Of a stretch of 64,000 nucleotides of DNA, positions 59,141 through 64,000 are shown one piece after another. Source of the stretch: a virus; IMG/VR virus record IMGVR_UViG_3300008262_000040; one strand, 5' to 3'. Positions within the stretch are counted from its first letter, which is position 1. Every line of letters begins with the position of its first letter. A program made the position numbers and the translations under genes. The notes below the pieces were generated by a model. That model searched no databases and was not told where the DNA came from. It was given only the letters and a program-made list of their open reading frames with translations.

Positions 59141-59695
59141 TTAATTAACGCAACAAACTCCTGACATTTCGCAAATAAGATCGCGCATGAGCTGATTTGC
59201 TTTGCTGTATTTTGTGTCTTGTTGTTGGAAATTAACAGATTCGTTTATGCCTATACCTACAGATTGTTGCGGTCTCATGTAAGCTCCGTAGGTGCTGGGT
59301 TGAGATACGAAGTCCCAACAGATGATGTCTAGATCTTCTTCAACTCGAACTAGACCTTCGCCTATCTGAGTAGTGGAACCCAAAGCCCTTGAAGATATGC
59401 CTACTGTAATGTTGTTTAGGAAGAGCTCCTTTAGTATGTTGCCTGACGGCGTAGGTAGTATCTCAACCTTTCCGTAGAGATCCTTTCCCTTCCACCACAG
59501 TTCTAATATGTTGTGTGATACGTTCTTTAAGTTTATGATGGAAGACTCTGGGTGATCCAATTCTCCCAACGCTCTGTTCTCAGCTATTGGACCTGATACG
59601 TATTTCTCAACCTGAGGATATAGTACATCGTAAGGATAAATGCGCCGGTTTGCGTTTGGTTTATCACAAGCTTGCACAAGACCAATCACGACCAT
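59141..59695 (-). CDS. Prohead protease (T4 gp21-like)
   Basis: NANRRIYP, ALGELDHP, VSH, TPSG, GISSRALG, WDFVSQPS. Confidence 0.93.
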   Translation of the reverse strand: MVVIGLVQACDKPNANRRIYPYDVLYPQVEKYVSGPIAENRALGELDHPESSIINLKNVSHNILELWWKGKDLYGKVEILPTPSGNILKELFLNNITVGISSRALGSTTQIGEGLVRVEEDLDIICWDFVSQPSTYGAYMRPQQSVGIGINESVNFQQQDTKYSKANQLMRDLICEMSGVCCVN

Positions 59696-59760
59696 GTTTC
59701 TGGTCTTTGCGTCGATTGATTCCTTTAAAATGTTAGTCGGTTGGAATACCGAGTGGTCTA

Positions 59761-61695
59761 TCAGTAGCTGTTTGGATTAGAAAAACCGCTCTTTCTTAAA
59801 TCATTAGCCATATTAGTAGCATCACCAGCGCTTTTTACAGGAATAATTTTTTCCCCTCTATTGGTTGAAATTGCTACGGCGGCTCCTCCCTCTTTTAATT
59901 TAGACTTTATCATTTCTTTGATCTTCTCTTTATTTTCTCCCTCTTCCATTTTGTTCAATCTTTCGATTATGGCAGCTATTTTTTCCTCTTTTGTCATGTC
60001 TTGCCACCAGCTTCTAGGAATCACATTGCCGCTTCCTCTAACAGATCCTAGATTTGGAAGCTTAGCAAACGCCGCGTCTCTAGCTGCTTTGTCTGGATCT
60101 ACCTGTATTGGTTCATCGGTTGTTTGTATTGGCTCTTCTTCGTCCTTATCCATGAGCTTATTTATAACATTGAACTGATAGTCTTTTATATTACTATCTT
60201 CTAATTCAACTGTTAACGTACCGCCAATTACCTCTTTAACTATCCCTTGGCCGTCTGGGGTTTTTACTTCCATGCCGGGGTGGTATTCTCTAGAAACGTT
60301 CTCCTGAAGCCACTGTTTTAGATTCTCTATTACGGCAGTTTTATTTTCATCTAGACCGAGTTCTTTTCTAGCTGAACTCGTATCTCCCATTAATATGCTC
60401 TGTACAGCTTGTTTGAGCTCTTCTTTGTTTGAAGCAGCTTCTACGCTACCGTAAAATTCATTATCCCACTTTGATGCTAATTGTGATTTTGGGTTAGCGA
60501 AATTTTTTCTGTACCAACCTTTAACTTTCATCTTCATCAAATCAAAGTCTTCTGCTTCTTTATCTTGTGGGCTTAGTAATGGTCCACCAGGTCTTGGTTT
60601 CATATACTCATCGTCCTCTATGTTTTCTTTTATGACTTTTTCGGTTCCTATTACTCCTTTATCTGGCATTACTTTAACGCCCTTTGGCTTACCTTTTCTA
60701 TTTTCTTTCTTAGACGCCTTCGTGTTAGCCTTATCAGCTTTGAAGCCCTTAGGCTTTCTCATCGCATTCTTCTTATCTACCAATTCTTTTTTTAGCTCTG
60801 TAGCTTCAAGCTCTTTGTCCTGTTTTTCAACCTTCTTTACGTTTGCTACTATCTGATCGTCGTACGCATTTGGATTCTTTTTAAGCTTCCTTGCCACTTT
60901 CTCTTTTACCTTATCGATTGTAGTATTGTCGTAAGTCTTTTCTTTCTTTAGCTCAGCTTCCATGCCCTTTTTAACAGCATAGGGAGACATTCTATCGAGT
61001 ATTTGTTCTGCGTCAAGCTTGTGTGCTTCGTTTACAGGCTCTGATTTGTTTAATTGTCCACTTTCTACTTTTTGTTCTGCTTTTCTCACCAAACTTGCTA
61101 TTCTTTCTACAGAATCTTCAATAGGTATATCAAACATTCCGACTCCTAAGTCTATTTCTCTACCACCCTCATCAGGAAGCGCTTGTAGTACGCGTTTCTT
61201 ACTTTTATATAGTCCAAAAAGTTTCTTTGTTATCTCGGTAGTGTAGTATTTAAAACTTACGTCTATGGTAGAGAATTCATCAAATCCCTTATAATCTCTT
61301 TTTTTCAATTCATAATCTGATGGACCTACAAACATTGTTAATGTATTTCCATTTGGAAAAGTTTTCCATGCAAATAACGTTTTATAACCTCCATATGGAT
61401 CTATTTCTGTTTCAAATCCCATAGATTCTAACTTTGCTACTAGAGGTTGAACTAGATCTTTTAGTGTAGCTTCATCTATAGTTGTAACTGGGGGAGCGTC
61501 AAAGAAAGCTCCACTAACTTCTTTAGTTATGTTTTCGGACACAAGTCTTTTGCTCTTCAATATGTTTACAGCGTCAGTAAAAGAAGTCACAGGGCTAATG
61601 AACTGTGGAAACTGTCTGCGGGCTTCCCTAACGAAATATTCACGGGTTGTCTTACCCTCTTGTAGCTGTTGATAAAGTTTGGTTATGTTTGTCAT
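59761..61695 (-). CDS. Large charged head-associated protein
   Basis: In the head operon; many (L/I/V)-x-E motifs; ATATTTAT 4 nt upstream. Confidence 0.65.
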   Translation of the reverse strand: MTNITKLYQQLQEGKTTREYFVREARRQFPQFISPVTSFTDAVNILKSKRLVSENITKEVSGAFFDAPPVTTIDEATLKDLVQPLVAKLESMGFETEIDPYGGYKTLFAWKTFPNGNTLTMFVGPSDYELKKRDYKGFDEFSTIDVSFKYYTTEITKKLFGLYKSKKRVLQALPDEGGREIDLGVGMFDIPIEDSVERIASLVRKAEQKVESGQLNKSEPVNEAHKLDAEQILDRMSPYAVKKGMEAELKKEKTYDNTTIDKVKEKVARKLKKNPNAYDDQIVANVKKVEKQDKELEATELKKELVDKKNAMRKPKGFKADKANTKASKKENRKGKPKGVKVMPDKGVIGTEKVIKENIEDDEYMKPRPGGPLLSPQDKEAEDFDLMKMKVKGWYRKNFANPKSQLASKWDNEFYGSVEAASNKEELKQAVQSILMGDTSSARKELGLDENKTAVIENLKQWLQENVSREYHPGMEVKTPDGQGIVKEVIGGTLTVELEDSNIKDYQFNVINKLMDKDEEEPIQTTDEPIQVDPDKAARDAAFAKLPNLGSVRGSGNVIPRSWWQDMTKEEKIAAIIERLNKMEEGENKEKIKEMIKSKLKEGGAAVAISTNRGEKIIPVKSAGDATNMANDLRKSGFSNPNSY

Positions 61696-61713
61696 ACTAA
61701 TAAATATGTTAAG

Positions 61714-61842
61714 TTAGCGTCCTTGCCCTTGATAAGTCCTTTCTTTTCTGTCGTGTTTGTTGTGAGACTTCTGAGCTTTTCCTTTCTTTCTTTTGCCGAA
61801 ACTTATTTTACGGCTCTCTCCTGCTGATTTTGCTTTTGCCAT
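61714..61842 (-). CDS. Small basic protein (42 aa) ending YQGQGR, not in the ORF track
   Basis: Own translation MAKAKSAGESRKISFGKRKKGKAQKSHNKHDRKERTYQGQGR. Confidence 0.75.
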   Translation of the reverse strand: MAKAKSAGESRKISFGKRKKGKAQKSHNKHDRKERTYQGQGR

Positions 61843-61844
61843 TT

Positions 61845-62951
61845 TTACTTTATGCTTTTGTATTTTTTGTATATCTCGCTGATGGATATTTGAAGCTTTT
61901 CCATCAATTTGTTTGTGTGACTCTTGTACTCCTGTAGACCAAGCTCTTCCTTCATTGTCTTAACGTAATCTATCACCTTCTCAGCTTCGTACAGCTTCTT
62001 TCTAACCAGCTTCATCGCTTCGTGCATCTGCTGCTCTTTGCTTCTGGTAACTGTTTCTTTTTTGAATCTGTGATAGTTCTCGTTTATTTGACTTTGGCTA
62101 CTTATAATAAAATCAGCTATTTCTACAGCATTTTTTAATCCACCTAACTGACTATATTTTATAGGTCCTTTATATCCAAGTTCTTTTCTAAGATAATTAG
62201 CAAAATCTACATGGAATTCAAGACGTGGAAGCTGTTTACCTATCTTTTTTTCTATAGCCACTAATAATTTTAATCGTTTGATGCGATTTTCATATGCACT
62301 CATTACAGAATAGTCGTTCTTTTGATGGGCAACTGATAGGAGGTTTTCTACTCTTTCTAGCTCTTGAGCGTTGGAATCAGAGTGATTTTCGTTTTTAGTG
62401 CTTTTCTCGTAAGTGTCTGTGAACCAATCGTAATCGTCTTCATCGTCGTCTTGTTCGTACGGTTCGTAAATATCATCGTCGTTGTATGTTTGCTCGGCTT
62501 CATCTATATCTAGTCTTGGCTTCTCTTCGAAGTCTTTTATTCCTGCTGGTATGGTTATGTCCGACTGGTGATATATAGACTTTGTGTTGTTTTTGAACTG
62601 AAGCGTAAAGTACTTTCCGTCTTCTGTAACGTCTACTATTTCGCCTATTTTATTGTGATTTACGTTACCCTTCATCGTCACCTTAGCTTTGTCTCCAACT
62701 TCAAAACCCTCGTTTACTCCCCATAAATCGCTGTATTGGAATCCTCCTGTGTCTTTAGTGTGACCCGGTCTAAAGCCCTTAAGCTTCTTGTATCCTGATA
62801 GTTCGTCCTCGGTAAAAGGGTTTCTTTTCTTTTTGCTTGCGTGTAAGGAAGCATTGTAAGCTCCGTCTGCGCCTGTTACATTTTGCTCGTCAAACGATGA
62901 TTGCTCTTCCCTAAGTTTTAAAGTAGCAAAAGAGTTATTGAATGGCTTCAT
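61845..62951 (-). CDS. Head-associated hypothetical protein with an SH3/KOW-like module
   Basis: FEVGDKAKV...GEIVDV...FTLQF module between xxE motifs. Confidence 0.6.
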   Translation of the reverse strand: MKPFNNSFATLKLREEQSSFDEQNVTGADGAYNASLHASKKKRNPFTEDELSGYKKLKGFRPGHTKDTGGFQYSDLWGVNEGFEVGDKAKVTMKGNVNHNKIGEIVDVTEDGKYFTLQFKNNTKSIYHQSDITIPAGIKDFEEKPRLDIDEAEQTYNDDDIYEPYEQDDDEDDYDWFTDTYEKSTKNENHSDSNAQELERVENLLSVAHQKNDYSVMSAYENRIKRLKLLVAIEKKIGKQLPRLEFHVDFANYLRKELGYKGPIKYSQLGGLKNAVEIADFIISSQSQINENYHRFKKETVTRSKEQQMHEAMKLVRKKLYEAEKVIDYVKTMKEELGLQEYKSHTNKLMEKLQISISEIYKKYKSIK

Positions 62952-62954
62952 GTT

Positions 62955-63803
62955 TTACTTCTGTTTTAGTATGTCTATGAGCTCTATGTATTGTAACAGA
63001 TTTGATATAGCGTCGTCTTTTATTGACTCGTTTTGCTTTATTGGATTAAGAAGCTTTATCGTTTCGTTTAGCCTTATTACTGTTACTTTGTCTTCTATGC
63101 CCTTTTTGATCTCAACCAATTCTGTTTTGATTTGTTTTATCAATCCGTTCAAATAGTTCTTAAGACTTTCAGTTTCTGATATGTTGTTTATGTATTCTTT
63201 CAACACCTCTTTCTGTCTTTCTGAGAAGTTGTTGTACTTTGAATTGAACTTTTCTACCATTAACTTGTACGCCAACAGTCTGATTTCTTTGTCCTCTTTC
63301 ATGAGATCTTGAACCATAGTAGCGCTGATGGGTTTATTTTTTAACTCCTCGTCCGTTATGTGTTCCAAGAGGTTTATCTTATTCAGCAATACCTGCTTTG
63401 TGTCAACTGTTTGACTGTATTGCGACTCAAACACAGTGTATATAGATGCGTAAGTCTTATAGTTGTCTATCTTAGCTTTAAAGAAGTCGTCTATGTTATA
63501 GTTGTTCTTTATCTCTTTTATGAGGTTGTATTTTTCTCTGTTCAACTTTTCGTTGTCAAGCTTCTTTCTCTGTTCTAACACAGTGCTTATGAACATCTCT
63601 GCTTTTGACTCAGATAGTTTCTCTGTTGTGTTGAACATGTTATAAAGTTGGTACTCTTTGCCCAACTCGGTGTTGACAAAATACTTCTTGAGTATCTTAA
63701 CGGCTTTGGTGTCTTTGTTTTGTACCAAATCGGCGGTAGTTTGTCTAACTAGTAGTTCAAAGAGTATCGCCGGGTTTCTGTATTTGCTGTGTTTAACTGC
63801 CAT
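62955..63803 (-). CDS. Helical hypothetical protein of the head cluster
   Basis: KHSKYRNPAILFELLVRQ start; directly after the putative portal. Confidence 0.7.
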   Translation of the reverse strand: MAVKHSKYRNPAILFELLVRQTTADLVQNKDTKAVKILKKYFVNTELGKEYQLYNMFNTTEKLSESKAEMFISTVLEQRKKLDNEKLNREKYNLIKEIKNNYNIDDFFKAKIDNYKTYASIYTVFESQYSQTVDTKQVLLNKINLLEHITDEELKNKPISATMVQDLMKEDKEIRLLAYKLMVEKFNSKYNNFSERQKEVLKEYINNISETESLKNYLNGLIKQIKTELVEIKKGIEDKVTVIRLNETIKLLNPIKQNESIKDDAISNLLQYIELIDILKQK

Positions 63804-63840
63804 ATTGCGTTAATAGTCTATCTATAAATATAACAAATAA

Positions 63841-63999
63841 TTACTCGGGATCTTGTAATATGTTACTTTCGTCTAAAAGATCTGTGGATTCAAATAGCTT
63901 CACTTTTCTTTGAGACTTATTAGCTATCTTATCAAGCATTTGTTTATTTTTTAACAACTCTGCCATAGTGCTTTCTAACGCTAATGGTCCTCCTCTGTA
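63841..63999 (-). CDS. C-terminus of an upstream gene, probably the portal protein
   Basis: Open frame YRGGPLALES...LLDESNILQDPE*; T4-like gene order puts the portal here. Confidence 0.5.
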   Translation of the reverse strand, partial: YRGGPLALESTMAELLKNKQMLDKIANKSQRKVKLFESTDLLDESNILQDPE

Positions 64000-64000
64000 T

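Overview
A 64-kb slice of a large contractile-tailed (T4-like head and tail architecture) dsDNA phage. Essentially all real genes lie on the minus strand. The host is probably a Bacteroidota: there is a T9SS-tailed cargo protein, a TAnnTTTG-type promoter, and almost no Shine-Dalgarno sites. Read in transcription order (right to left), the window holds: portal C-terminus, head proteins, prohead protease, scaffold, major capsid protein, PhoH, neck and tail-terminator proteins; a ~20-kb modular fibre/receptor-binding region; tail sheath, tube, tape measure and baseplate; a replication cluster (divergent second PolA, SSB, RecA/UvsX, 5'-3' exonuclease, DnaB-like helicase); class II RNR; PolA; Hsp20-GroES-GroEL; and a pyrimidine-metabolism/possible DNA-modification cluster. 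Highlights: (1) a second, divergent family-A polymerase keeping both catalytic Asp but with His at the steric gate; (2) an ATATTTAT motif upstream of ~16 transcription units; (3) several structured leaders, including 13-nt 5'/3' complementarity around hsp20 and three hairpins ending on a start codon; (4) 17-aa repeats with three variable dipeptides per unit; (5) a phage-borne T9SS-secreted metalloprotease cassette; (6) head proteins apparently built as protease-cleavable modules; (7) several deletion-like junctions that break essential genes. Product calls come from motif recognition by eye; no database search was run.
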